From a plasmid, in sequence record NZ_CP022071.1: a stretch of DNA of 64,000 bases. The stretch is one strand, 5' to 3'. The translations under genes were made by a program, and so were the position numbers. Below the pieces are notes generated by a model, which ran no database searches, was not told the DNA's origin, and was given only the letters and a program-made list of their open reading frames with translations. Numbering within the stretch: position 1 is the stretch's first letter; every line of letters starts with the position of its first letter. This document shows, in pieces, positions 27,872 through 37,412 of the stretch.

Positions 27872-27887
27872 CTGTATATAAAAACAG
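27872..27887. promoter_or_regulatory. LexA box (SOS operator) for samAB
   Basis: CTGTATATAAAAACAG is a perfect CTGT-N8-ACAG, 20 bp upstream of the samA ATG. Confidence 0.85.
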
Positions 27888-27906
27888 GCATTTTAAGAGG
27901 TATGCC

Positions 27907-28329
27907 ATGTTACTGCTTGTAGCACCCGAACAGGAGCCGGTACAGTCCACTGCCCCGCTGTTCACCGAACGTTGCCCGGCGGGGTTTCCGTCGCCGGCCG
28001 CCGATTACACAGAGGAGGAACTGGATCTGAATGCCTACTGTATACGGCGTCCGGCTGCAACATTCTTCGTCAGGGCTATCGGGGATTCGATGAAAGAAAT
28101 GGGTCTGCATTCCGGCGATTTAATGGTTGTCGACAAAGCTGAGAAACCCATGCAGGGGGATATTGTCATCGCGGAAACAGATGGCGAGTTCACCGTTAAG
28201 CGCCTGCAGTTGAAGCCCCGTATCGCCCTGCTGCCGATTAATCCGGCCTACCCCACGCTTTATCCGGAAGAACTGCAGATTTTCGGGGTGGTGACGGCTT
28301 TTATACACAAAACCCGGAGCACAGACTGA
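27907..28329 (+). CDS. samA: UmuD/MucA homologue (S24 LexA-like peptidase)
   Basis: CPAGFPSPAADY...GDSM...GDLMVVDKA... matches UmuD. Confidence 0.9.
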   Translation: MLLLVAPEQEPVQSTAPLFTERCPAGFPSPAADYTEEELDLNAYCIRRPAATFFVRAIGDSMKEMGLHSGDLMVVDKAEKPMQGDIVIAETDGEFTVKRLQLKPRIALLPINPAYPTLYPEELQIFGVVTAFIHKTRSTD

Positions 28330-29603
28330 TGTTCGCTTTGGCTGACGTCAACTCGTTCTATGCCAGTTGCGAAAAGGTCTTTCGCCCCGATTTGCGTGAC
28401 AGGTCTGTGGTGGTCCTGAGTAACAACGATGGTTGTGTAATCGCGCGCAGCGCTGAAGCAAAAAAACTGGGCATAAAAATGGGGGTGCCGTGGTTTCAAC
28501 TGAGGTCGGCGAAATTTCCGGAGCCGGTTATCGCGTTCTCCAGTAATTACGCCCTCTACGCATCAATGTCGAACAGGGTCATGGTTCACCTGGAAGAGCT
28601 GGCGCCACGCGTTGAGCAGTACTCCATTGACGAGATGTTTCTGGATATTCGCGGTATAGACAGTTGCATCGATTTCGAGGATTTCGGCCGACAGCTGCGT
28701 GAGCACGTTCGTTCCGGCACAGGGCTGACCATCGGCGTCGGAATGGGACCGACCAAAACGCTGGCTAAAAGCGCGCAATGGGCATCGAAAGAATGGTCAC
28801 AGTTCGGAGGCGTGCTTGCCCTGACGTTACACAATCAGAAACGAACGGAGAAACTGCTGTCACTGCAACCGGTGGAGGAAATCTGGGGTGTGGGCCGCAG
28901 GATCTCAAAGAAGCTGAACACAATGGGGATCACCACAGCACTGCAGCTGGCCCGCGCGAATCCAACGTTCATCAGGAAAAACTTTAATGTGGTTCTGGAG
29001 AGAACGGTCCGGGAACTCAATGGAGAAAGCTGTATTTCCCTGGAGGAAGCACCGCCCCCCAAACAGCAGATAGTCTGCAGCAGAAGCTTTGGAGAACGAG
29101 TCACGACTTATGAAGCGATGCGGCAGGCAGTCTGTCAGCACGCTGAACGTGCCGCCGAAAAGCTGCGTGGGGAACGGCAGTTCTGCAGGCATATTGCCGT
29201 GTTTGTGAAAACATCGCCGTTCGCCGTAACTGAGCCCTACTACGGTAATCTGGCCAGTGAAAAACTGCTCATCCCCACGCAGGATACACGGGACATCATT
29301 GCCGCTGCCGTCAGAGCTCTGGACAGGATCTGGGTGGATGGTCACCGTTACGCAAAGGCAGGCTGTATGCTGAACGATTTCACGCCAACCGGGGTATCGC
29401 AGCTTAATTTGTTTGATGAAGTACAGCCGCGGGAACGGAGCGAGCAGCTGATGCAAGTCCTGGATGGGATTAACCATCCGGGCAAGGGGAAAATATGGTT
29501 CGCCGGTCGGGGGATTGCCCCCGAGTGGCAGATGAAAAGGGAACTACTTTCGCCAGCTTATACGACACGTTGGGCAGATATTCCTGCAGCGAAATTGACT
29601 TGA
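28329..29603 (+). CDS. samB: UmuC/MucB homologue, Y-family DNA polymerase V catalytic subunit
   Basis: MFALADVNSFYASCEKVFRPDLRDRSVVVLSNNDGCVIARS...; 424 aa. Its start overlaps the samA stop (ATGA). Confidence 0.95.
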   Translation: MFALADVNSFYASCEKVFRPDLRDRSVVVLSNNDGCVIARSAEAKKLGIKMGVPWFQLRSAKFPEPVIAFSSNYALYASMSNRVMVHLEELAPRVEQYSIDEMFLDIRGIDSCIDFEDFGRQLREHVRSGTGLTIGVGMGPTKTLAKSAQWASKEWSQFGGVLALTLHNQKRTEKLLSLQPVEEIWGVGRRISKKLNTMGITTALQLARANPTFIRKNFNVVLERTVRELNGESCISLEEAPPPKQQIVCSRSFGERVTTYEAMRQAVCQHAERAAEKLRGERQFCRHIAVFVKTSPFAVTEPYYGNLASEKLLIPTQDTRDIIAAAVRALDRIWVDGHRYAKAGCMLNDFTPTGVSQLNLFDEVQPRERSEQLMQVLDGINHPGKGKIWFAGRGIAPEWQMKRELLSPAYTTRWADIPAAKLT

Positions 29604-29604
29604 A

Positions 29605-29695
29605 ATTGTGGCGATTTCACCTTGAAATTCTCAATATAAATTACTTAATTACAATAAGTTAGATGTGAAATCGCCGTGGCGAAATTATTGACTCA
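29605..29695. promoter_or_regulatory. parS: P1/P7-type parS centromere downstream of parB
   Basis: Heptamer boxes ATTTCAC / GTGAAAT and TCGCCA / TGGCGA hexamers flank an AT-rich (IHF-like) core. Confidence 0.6.
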
Positions 29696-30662
29696 AATTT
29701 CTCTCAAGGACCTCGTTGATAGCTTTGTCCAGTTCATCCTGAACCACTTTTGACATACGACTAAACTCATAAGTTAGCGTACGCCCTTTCACACGCTTGC
29801 GCGCGAACTTGTCCTTTTCTTCAAAGGTCCAGAGTGCGGAAATTACTGACTTTTCCTTAGGAGGCGGAGCTATCAATGCCTGAGAGGCCTGAGAAATCAA
29901 TTTCAGTATACTGGATTTCTGTTCGTCGTCTGGTCGCTCGTAGTCACTCAAAATTGCATCATGCTGATCTGAGACAGACTGAATGAGCCCTTCAGACGTT
30001 AAACCCTTTTCACTGAGTTTTTCATTAACCTCTAACAGAATTTTATAGTCACTAAACGACAGCTCAGACTGAACCGGGAACAGAGAAATCAATTCTTGCG
30101 GTACTGCTGCCGCCTGCAGTGCCCTGGTGACCTTAGCCTGGGATAACCCCTCCAGTTCAGCAATTTCCTTTTGATTGAATCCAGACTCTTTCAGAGCCAT
30201 CAATCTTAAGCCGATCTCCCGAAGGTTATGCTCTTTAGCTGTCTGGATATCTTTAGCCAGATGGCGAGCTTCATCAGCTGATAAAAGTTCATTGGTAACC
30301 ATTACATCAAGGCCTGTACGGATATAAATCGCTGAGGCTCGCCGTCTTGAACCATCCAGTATCTCAATCCTTTCACCTTGCTGAATGCCAATACAGGGGA
30401 AGAACTGCTGAAACTTAATCGTCTGGATAATAGATTTCAGGGACTCCCTGGTCAGAGCAAGTTGATCTCTTCCGTTGGTTTCCTGGTTTACGAATGTCTT
30501 ACTTTCAACGTCCGATGCAGGTACCTGAACAAACCTGAACGTTATCTTCCTGCCGGTTTTTAGGGTAAATACCTGACTTCTTTGGGTGTCAGTCATCTCA
30601 ACCATTGACGCCTGGGTATTTAACTGTCTGCCAATAGTTTTTCTTCTCTCATTCGACATCAC
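29685..30662 (-). CDS. parB: ParB partition protein (type Ia, P1-like)
   Basis: 325 aa with a ParB/Spo0J fold, directly downstream of the P1-type ParA. Confidence 0.9.
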   Translation of the reverse strand: MMSNERRKTIGRQLNTQASMVEMTDTQRSQVFTLKTGRKITFRFVQVPASDVESKTFVNQETNGRDQLALTRESLKSIIQTIKFQQFFPCIGIQQGERIEILDGSRRRASAIYIRTGLDVMVTNELLSADEARHLAKDIQTAKEHNLREIGLRLMALKESGFNQKEIAELEGLSQAKVTRALQAAAVPQELISLFPVQSELSFSDYKILLEVNEKLSEKGLTSEGLIQSVSDQHDAILSDYERPDDEQKSSILKLISQASQALIAPPPKEKSVISALWTFEEKDKFARKRVKGRTLTYEFSRMSKVVQDELDKAINEVLERNLSQ

Positions 30663-31864
30663 ATACCTCCATTAGTACGAATGAACTCAATGCGATCAAA
30701 TACGGCCTTCGCAAAGTCTTCCGCTGCTGATTTTGCGCTTTTAAGCGCCTCGGTGCTTCCATCATAGGTTGCTGGATTTGCGGAAATAACTGTGTCAAAA
30801 GTCTCCCCGCATCGCTCGAAGCCATCCAGCCTCGGCAGAACCATGTCGAGCATATCGGCACCGAATACTTCTTTGGCCTGACTATGGCAAATTTTGTGAT
30901 CAGACTTGTTCAGGATTTTGGACATAAAACCTACATTCCCGATGAGATTGCAGGTGTGTCCATCCTGTTCGATCGAATCAATAAGCGCAGGAAGGCTGGC
31001 TACAAACTTCAGGGAAGAATGAAAATCAACCGTTGCCGGAGGAAGTGGAGTCAACATCAGGTCTGCCGCTCCGATGCAGTTTTTCAGGAACGCATCGAGG
31101 TGAGGACCACTATCAAGGAAGATAAAGTCGTAGTCATACCGGAGCTTGTCGATAATGTTCTCTTTAAGCACTGCATGAATATTTTGCCCTGGCAGATGTT
31201 CCTCACACAATCCCTTCCAGCCTTCAGCAAGGAATGCATCGTCAATGGAAGCGGGAATAACATCAACGCCCGGGATAATTGACGACACGATGAAATCGGA
31301 AAGTAATTCTTCACGAGACACGTTCTGGAGCATGGCCTGAGCAGCCGTATTTTCAACCAGGCCCACTGAATTCTCATGGCTCAGGAACATTGTCAGAGAT
31401 GCCTGCGGATCGAAATCGATGGCCAGGATACGCAGGTCTTCGAACAGAAGCTGAGGATGAGCCCGAAATGCATGGGATAATGAAGCGGTAGAAACTGTCT
31501 TGGAACCGCCACCTTTAAGGTTACATACAAATATAGTGAAAGCTTTATCGAAGCGATCTCTGTACTTGGGCACTTTACGATGGAAATACAGATCGATAAC
31601 GTTCTGAATCGTCATCGCGTACTTCATGGTATTGCCAGAAGGTTTCTTTTTAAAAATGTAGCCACTGGCTTCCATTTCGGCCACAGCATACTCAACACTC
31701 CCTTTGCTGAGCTTAGGCAGCTTATATAGGGCGGCTTTGCTGTATTCCTGATAGAACTCGGTAAGCTTCAATTCCTCTTTTTGCTGGCGGATACTTTCGC
31801 TCAAGGATGTCAGAAGTTTACCTGCACGTGTGGCGACTTTCCGTAACTGCTCAATATTTTCCAT
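30659..31864 (-). CDS. parA: ParA partition ATPase (type Ia, with an N-terminal DNA-binding extension)
   Basis: 401 aa with the deviant Walker A motif CNLKGGGSKT. Confidence 0.9.
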   Translation of the reverse strand: MENIEQLRKVATRAGKLLTSLSESIRQQKEELKLTEFYQEYSKAALYKLPKLSKGSVEYAVAEMEASGYIFKKKPSGNTMKYAMTIQNVIDLYFHRKVPKYRDRFDKAFTIFVCNLKGGGSKTVSTASLSHAFRAHPQLLFEDLRILAIDFDPQASLTMFLSHENSVGLVENTAAQAMLQNVSREELLSDFIVSSIIPGVDVIPASIDDAFLAEGWKGLCEEHLPGQNIHAVLKENIIDKLRYDYDFIFLDSGPHLDAFLKNCIGAADLMLTPLPPATVDFHSSLKFVASLPALIDSIEQDGHTCNLIGNVGFMSKILNKSDHKICHSQAKEVFGADMLDMVLPRLDGFERCGETFDTVISANPATYDGSTEALKSAKSAAEDFAKAVFDRIEFIRTNGGM

Positions 31865-32278
31865 TTATCACCTCATGATGTTTTTTGTCATTTTGAACAA
31901 AAAGAATCATGTTGCAAGAAATAAATCATAATATTTTGATTTTGCTCTCACAGGAGGCACCGAAGATTAAATGGAGAAGAGGGCACTACATCCACAATCA
32001 TTTTGTTAACCCACAGCGCAAACCGTGAGTCTGTTCAGAGCTTGCATCTGAGCAGGCGAAGGGTTGGACAAGCCCAAGGGGCGCGTCAGCCAGGCACATT
32101 AGGGTATAGTTCAGCAGTACCAGTTTCTGCCAGGACATGGATATCTCCGGGCAAGCAAGCTGATGATTAAAAAAGAAAGAGGGGACTGCCCCTGAAGGAA
32201 TTGCAATTCCGTTCCTCGCAATGTCAACATTTTTTGCCTGTGATACTATGACCGGGTCATTTTTCAGAGCATGGACTG

Positions 32279-33220
32279 ATGAAAAAGAAAAACACTACGC
32301 CGACTCCCCACGACGCGACATTCCGGCAGTTTCTGACACAACCTGACATTGCCCGGGATTTTATGGAGCTGCATCTGCCGGCAGAGCTGCGTGCCATCTG
32401 CGATCTCAGTACACTGAAACTGGAATCCGGCTCGTTTGTTGAGGATGATCTCCGCCAGTATTTCAGCGACGTCCTCTACAGCCTGAAAACCACAGCCGGC
32501 GACGGATATATTCATGTCCTGGTTGAACACCAGTCAACACCTGACAAACATATGGCTTTCCGCCTGATACGCTATGCGGTGGCCGCCATGCAGCGCCACC
32601 TGGAGGCAGGGCATAAAAAACTGCCACTGGTGATACCAGTGTTGTTCTATACGGGGAAACGCAGCCCGTATCCATACTCCACCCGCTGGCTGGACGAATT
32701 TGACGATACGGCTCTGGCAGACAAACTCTACAGCAGTGCTTTCCCGCTGGTAGACGTTACGGTCATTCCGGATGATGAAATCGCCGGCCACCGTAGCATG
32801 GCCGCCCTGACTTTATTGCAGAAACATATTCATCAGCGGGACCTGGCAGAATTGGTTGACCGGCTGGCGCCCATTTTGCTGGCCGGATATCTGTCTTCAT
32901 CGCAGGTAATATCGCTGGTACACTATATAGTGCAGGCAGGCGAAACATCGGACGCCGAAGCCTTTGTACGCGAACTGGCACAGCGTGTGCCGCAACACGG
33001 AGACGCACTTATGACCATCGCACAACAGCTCGAACAGAAGGGCATCGAGAAGGGGATTCAGCTCGGTGAACAACGTGGTATCGAAAAAGGCCGTTCAGAA
33101 GGGGAGCGCGAAGCGACTCTGAAAATAGCCCGTACCATGCTCCAGAACTGCATTGACCGCAATACCGTCATGAAAATGACCGGTCTGACTGAAGACGACC
33201 TAGCGCAGATCCGCCACTAA
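32279..33220 (+). CDS. Rpn-family recombination-promoting nuclease (PDDEXK, transposase_31 / YhgA-like)
   Basis: MKKKNTTPTPHDATFRQFLTQPDIARDFMELHLPAELRA...; the characteristic N-terminus and C-terminal repeats (IEKGIQLGEQRGIEKGRSEGE). Confidence 0.8.
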   Translation: MKKKNTTPTPHDATFRQFLTQPDIARDFMELHLPAELRAICDLSTLKLESGSFVEDDLRQYFSDVLYSLKTTAGDGYIHVLVEHQSTPDKHMAFRLIRYAVAAMQRHLEAGHKKLPLVIPVLFYTGKRSPYPYSTRWLDEFDDTALADKLYSSAFPLVDVTVIPDDEIAGHRSMAALTLLQKHIHQRDLAELVDRLAPILLAGYLSSSQVISLVHYIVQAGETSDAEAFVRELAQRVPQHGDALMTIAQQLEQKGIEKGIQLGEQRGIEKGRSEGEREATLKIARTMLQNCIDRNTVMKMTGLTEDDLAQIRH

Positions 33221-33251
33221 TCCCCCTTTTCTGGCACTCCCTGCCCGGCCA

Positions 33252-33818
33252 TCAGCGAATACTGGTGGGGCAGGGAGGCATCAGGCTCTGCCAGCCACAG
33301 CGATCAAACAGCTTCATTACCCCCGCTACGTTCCCTGTCAAACGTGCTGTCAGCGAATTTATCTGTCGGCCGCTGTCGTTAAAACCGACATCGAGTTTGG
33401 CCCGTGAGAGATAAATGCCGTTCACGCCTGCACTGAGCGCCACAGCATTCCGGCCGGACCATTCCCGATCGCTCAGCAGACGGTAGTTCCAGTGCATATC
33501 TTTCGCTGTTTCCAGAGCATACGTCAGCCGGAACAGGTCGTTCTGCTCGGACAACTCACCGGTGCATGAACGCCAGAGGTAATTCAGCTTGCTGGCCAGC
33601 TTGGCGCTGACGCCCATCTGACGTCCCTGTTTCAAAAGCCACTCGATATCGGGCGTCACATCACGAGAAAAACGCCGTTGCTTCAGCGCAGTCGCCAGCC
33701 AGCGGGTGAGAAAGAGGTTTTCCTGTGCCGGCGAGAGAACGCCACCATCCTGCCTGGCCAGCGCAAGCGCCACCAGGGCACACCACGCCAGATGACCTGA
33801 TTTTTCTGTCAATGTCAC
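33252..33818 (-). CDS. Hypothetical protein
   Basis: 188-aa ORF with no recognisable motif. Confidence 0.35.
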   Translation of the reverse strand: MTLTEKSGHLAWCALVALALARQDGGVLSPAQENLFLTRWLATALKQRRFSRDVTPDIEWLLKQGRQMGVSAKLASKLNYLWRSCTGELSEQNDLFRLTYALETAKDMHWNYRLLSDREWSGRNAVALSAGVNGIYLSRAKLDVGFNDSGRQINSLTARLTGNVAGVMKLFDRCGWQSLMPPCPTSIR

Positions 33819-33874
33819 GGCTTCTCCCGCAAGTCAGAAAAATGATGTAATTCATCAGGCATAATCAGCACACG

Positions 33875-34291
33875 TCAGCCCGTCTTACGGAGAAACATTC
33901 GCCGCATCTCACGCGTCAGCTGCTTCTTCTCCCATCCGTAAGGGAAAATAATGCTGTAGTCCCTCCTCTCAGGGAGGATATCAGGGCCCGCGACGATTCG
34001 CGCCACCTCCTTATTCAGGCGTTCTCCTCGCCAGCCATAAGCCGCCAGTCGCTTACGGATACGTGCAACGGGAAAACGTTTATCGGAGTGACGGGGGAAG
34101 AGTAACGTCCCGTCCTCATTTCGTTTGACACCAAACATATCCAGAGACTGTTCGATCACCACTGTTCGAACGGGGAAATGCTCACGCATAGTTTTCAACA
34201 TATTCTCCATTTCAGACTCCTGAATTAATCCCTGCAACTGTCTGACCAGCCAGAGAGCAGCGTTATGCTGGCTCACTCCCTGCGTCATCAT
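33875..34291 (-). CDS. Hypothetical protein, in frame with the upstream ORF 34394..34912
   Basis: Same reading frame as 34394..34912, separated by two TGA codons. Possibly the decayed distal part of one gene. Confidence 0.35.
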   Translation of the reverse strand: MMTQGVSQHNAALWLVRQLQGLIQESEMENMLKTMREHFPVRTVVIEQSLDMFGVKRNEDGTLLFPRHSDKRFPVARIRKRLAAYGWRGERLNKEVARIVAGPDILPERRDYSIIFPYGWEKKQLTREMRRMFLRKTG

Positions 34292-34393
34292 TCATTTCAC
34301 ACTGGAGTTCATGCCAGTATCCGGCAATATTGTTTACCACCTGTGCTGTCATAACGGCGTCAGTGACGGCGGAATGAGCCACCCCGATCCAGC

Positions 34394-34912
34394 TCAGGCC
34401 AGCCTGACTGACAGCACCGGAAAGCGATATGGTTCCGTAACGATTTGTACTGCAGCTGCTGCCGGATCGATGCCGACTGTGGGTTTCAGGCGGGTCTCAA
34501 ATATCCTCTCACCGCGGGCATTCACCAGACCGATTTCCAGCGCCTGCGCGCCGGCATCAAGTCCGGTCGTTTCGGTATCGAGGAAGACGGGGCCCAGTGC
34601 TAACCAGGTATGTGCCAGCATGGCGAACCTGCCACGCTCACTCTTCATCCGGGCCTGCAGGCCCAGACGTGTGCTGGCCAGCCGCTGTTTTTCTGTCTGA
34701 GGGCGTTTCGCCCGCATCGGGACGCAGTCAGCCAGCCGCCATACGCCGTATTTCCCGCCGTAAGGACTTTTGTACATTCTGACCGGTTCCGCACCAGGGG
34801 CTGGCTTCATCCTGAACTCATCCCGAAGCCGCCCTTTGGTGTAGCATTTATCCTCCGCCCGGGGCGCTTCATCACAGGCGTCTGAATTGTCATCATCACG
34901 CATTCTGGCCAC
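34394..34912 (-). CDS. Hypothetical protein with a DnaQ-like Exo I motif (possible decayed 3'-5' exonuclease)
   Basis: VFLDTETTGLD...EIG resembles the DEDD exonuclease motif I. The ORF terminates 60 aa later. Confidence 0.4.
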   Translation of the reverse strand: MARMRDDDNSDACDEAPRAEDKCYTKGRLRDEFRMKPAPGAEPVRMYKSPYGGKYGVWRLADCVPMRAKRPQTEKQRLASTRLGLQARMKSERGRFAMLAHTWLALGPVFLDTETTGLDAGAQALEIGLVNARGERIFETRLKPTVGIDPAAAAVQIVTEPYRFPVLSVRLA

Positions 34913-36011
34913 CGGTCTGTTTATTGCCTGAAAGCGCCGCCATCAGTGACTGGTTCTGACGCTTCAGGGCTTCAGCCTCACCACGCAGTGCCGCGACCGT
35001 TTCTTTCTCCCCCATCGTCTCCAGACGGGCATCATCACGCTGGTTTTCCAGCTGTGTGCAACGCTCTGTCAGACTGGCTATTTCACTGCCCATACGCACC
35101 AGTTGCTCCGAGGAGGCCTTTTCCTGCGATTCCAGCCTTGCGGTGAGGCTGCTGACTCTGTCACGTTCAAGTGCAATCTCACCGGCGCGCGCCTGCGTGT
35201 CAGCGATGGCCTGCTCGAGGCGTTGCTGCAGCGTTTCGCGGGTGGCCAGATGCTGCTGACGTTCTGAGGCCAGCGCATTTTCCTGCGATTCAAGGCGGGT
35301 AAGGAGAGTATTGACTTTATCGCGTTCAGACTTCAGTTCTTCTGTACGCGCATTAGCTTCGGCAGAAATTTGCTCCAGTCGTTTCTGCAGGTCTTCCCGC
35401 GTGTTTTTGTGCTGTGCCTGCTCCGCATTAAGCGCATCCTGCAGCACTGTCTTCTGCTCCTGATACCGTTCCTCTCGCTGACGGGTATTCTCTTCAGCGG
35501 CCGCAAGACGCTCTTTCAGCTGGGCCATCTCCACATCATGCTGCTGACGCAGTGAACGTTCTGACTCCAGCGCCAGCGTCAAACTGTCATATCTGTCCTG
35601 CAGTTCATCCAGTTTTTCTTCCAGGTCGTCGACTGTCTGCGCGGCGTCGGCCAGCTCCCGCTCTGCCTGTGCGGTCTGTTCACCGGCAGCACGCGTGACT
35701 TCCGCAACCCGGCGTTCTGCAGCCCGGACCGCCTTGTCATTCAGTTCTGTCGCCAGCTGGGTGATGCGTTCGGACAGCGCGGCGGAGACGGCCTTCACTT
35801 CTTCAGCCACTTCCACTGGCAGCTCGGCAACGGGTTCAGTGACGACCGTGCTCTGTGAAGCCTGGTATTCGTCCCATATCTGGCGGAGACGTGTCGGATT
35901 GCCGCCACCCACCTGGTTACGTAGTGCGAACCCGGTGATATTCCGTCCTTCAGCCTGCAGGGCCAGCCCTGCTTCAATAATCTGTTCTGGTTCGTATGTC
36001 GCCGGACGCAT
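34896..36011 (-). CDS. tlpA: KfrA-like alpha-helical coiled-coil DNA-binding protein (TlpA)
   Basis: 371 aa. N-terminal KfrA_N-like HTH (IIEAGLALQAEGRNITGFALRNQVGGGNPTRLRQIWDEY), then a ~300-aa heptad coiled coil. Size and features match Salmonella TlpA. Confidence 0.8.
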   Translation of the reverse strand: MRPATYEPEQIIEAGLALQAEGRNITGFALRNQVGGGNPTRLRQIWDEYQASQSTVVTEPVAELPVEVAEEVKAVSAALSERITQLATELNDKAVRAAERRVAEVTRAAGEQTAQAERELADAAQTVDDLEEKLDELQDRYDSLTLALESERSLRQQHDVEMAQLKERLAAAEENTRQREERYQEQKTVLQDALNAEQAQHKNTREDLQKRLEQISAEANARTEELKSERDKVNTLLTRLESQENALASERQQHLATRETLQQRLEQAIADTQARAGEIALERDRVSSLTARLESQEKASSEQLVRMGSEIASLTERCTQLENQRDDARLETMGEKETVAALRGEAEALKRQNQSLMAALSGNKQTGGQNA

Positions 36012-36218
36012 CTGTCAGTCTCCGCATAAAGGGGTATGCTTATATTATACACAAACAAACCAACAAATAAACTAACTAACAAACAAATTAAAGACGTGAC
36101 AGGGTAGCGAAAAAGGGCACCAGGACAGCGCACCGCCGGTCGAATTGCTGGCACAGCATGTCCGGAGCCCGGGCGGGATGCACCACAGGTACGATGCACG
36201 CCACTCTCCTTGCCAGGT

Positions 36219-36252
36219 ACTGGTGTTAATGCTAATGTACGCATACGTTAGC
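36219..36252. repeat. 34-bp palindromic element P1 (11-bp arms ttaatgctaat around an asymmetric centre)
   Basis: gTTAATGCTAAtgtacgcatacgTTAGCATTAAc, 18 bp upstream of ORF 36270. Confidence 0.8.
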
Positions 36253-36269
36253 ATTAACCAGAGACAGAC

Positions 36270-36758
36270 ATGCCGCAGGATGAATCAGTCGTCAAACGGG
36301 CCAGGGAATACTTTTTCCGCCACCACCGGTATACAGAGGAAGACCTGGAATCCGACTACCAGGCAGAACTGTGTAACTACAGGGATGACACCTGGGAAGC
36401 ACCACAACGGGCAGCCAGACTCAGTGCGGCCGTCAAGCGCTACAAAACGTATGAGATGCTGTACTTCTTCTTCCAGATCGCTGATGAGGCCGGGCTGGAC
36501 TATACTCCGCTGGTTGTAAAGCGCCTGTGCGCTCATCTTTTCGACAGGCAGGGCAGCCAGAATATTATTGTTGATATCTTTGGCCAGAAGGGACGCATGC
36601 ACCGCAGCCATGACAGTGATCCTGACATTATTGCTGCCGTTGCCGAACGCTACCGGCAGCAGGCAGAGGACCACTGGCAGACAGTTCTGAAGAATATCGG
36701 GAGAGTGAAGCAGGACTACCAGAAAAATCAGAACAGACAGAAAGGCGCAGGGGATTAA
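36270..36758 (+). CDS. Hypothetical 162-aa protein bracketed by palindromic elements P1 and P2
   Basis: Full-length ORF with an RBS and no recognisable domain. Confidence 0.5.
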   Translation: MPQDESVVKRAREYFFRHHRYTEEDLESDYQAELCNYRDDTWEAPQRAARLSAAVKRYKTYEMLYFFFQIADEAGLDYTPLVVKRLCAHLFDRQGSQNIIVDIFGQKGRMHRSHDSDPDIIAAVAERYRQQAEDHWQTVLKNIGRVKQDYQKNQNRQKGAGD

Positions 36759-36765
36759 ATGCATG

Positions 36766-36801
36766 ATTAATGCTAATGTATGCGTACATTAGCATTAATC
36801 A
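36766..36801. repeat. Palindromic element P2 (16-bp arms); an inverted copy of P1
   Basis: gaTTAATGCTAATGTAtgcgTACATTAGCATTAAtc. Its centre tgtatgcgtaca is the reverse complement of the P1 centre apart from one base. Confidence 0.8.
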
Positions 36802-37412
36802 CATAAGTCAGTGAAAATAAATCAGGCTTATTCAACGTTGCGAAGGTTCTTTGGCCAGTTGCTGGAGCTACTTCCCGAAATCAGGAAAGCCTGCGGCTGA
36901 AAGTACATCAGCAACAGCACTGGCTCTGGGATGGCCACGTTCAAGCCAGACCAGACTGAGAGCCACACCTGATTTCTCCGTATCATAACTGTGACGCGAC
37001 AACCGGAATTACCAAACGGACACTCAAAGAATGAGATGAACGCTCCAGACTTATGAAGTTCGGAACACACAGAGTTCCTAGTTGTAGCGGCTCGCAATCG
37101 AAATCCCCCCGACTCGCAATCAGCGCAAATTTCGGCTCACATTAACTGCAAATGAAAAATGCCACCGGCTCACATTAAGTGACAATGGGCTCGCATTTAT
37201 CCTGCCCGGCTCGCAATCCATTCCACCGGGCTCACAATAACTGCAAGTCAACTTCGTCATATCGGCAAACCGACTGCCAGCATTCTATTTTCCAGTTCGA
37301 CTGGTCTCAGATATTTATTCATACTGGTTAAAAATTGTCGTTTTGGTTTGATTAACGTTTACCTACGTATAATCGCAGCAATTGGAGTTAACTCAGTAAA
37401 TAGGAGCAAATA

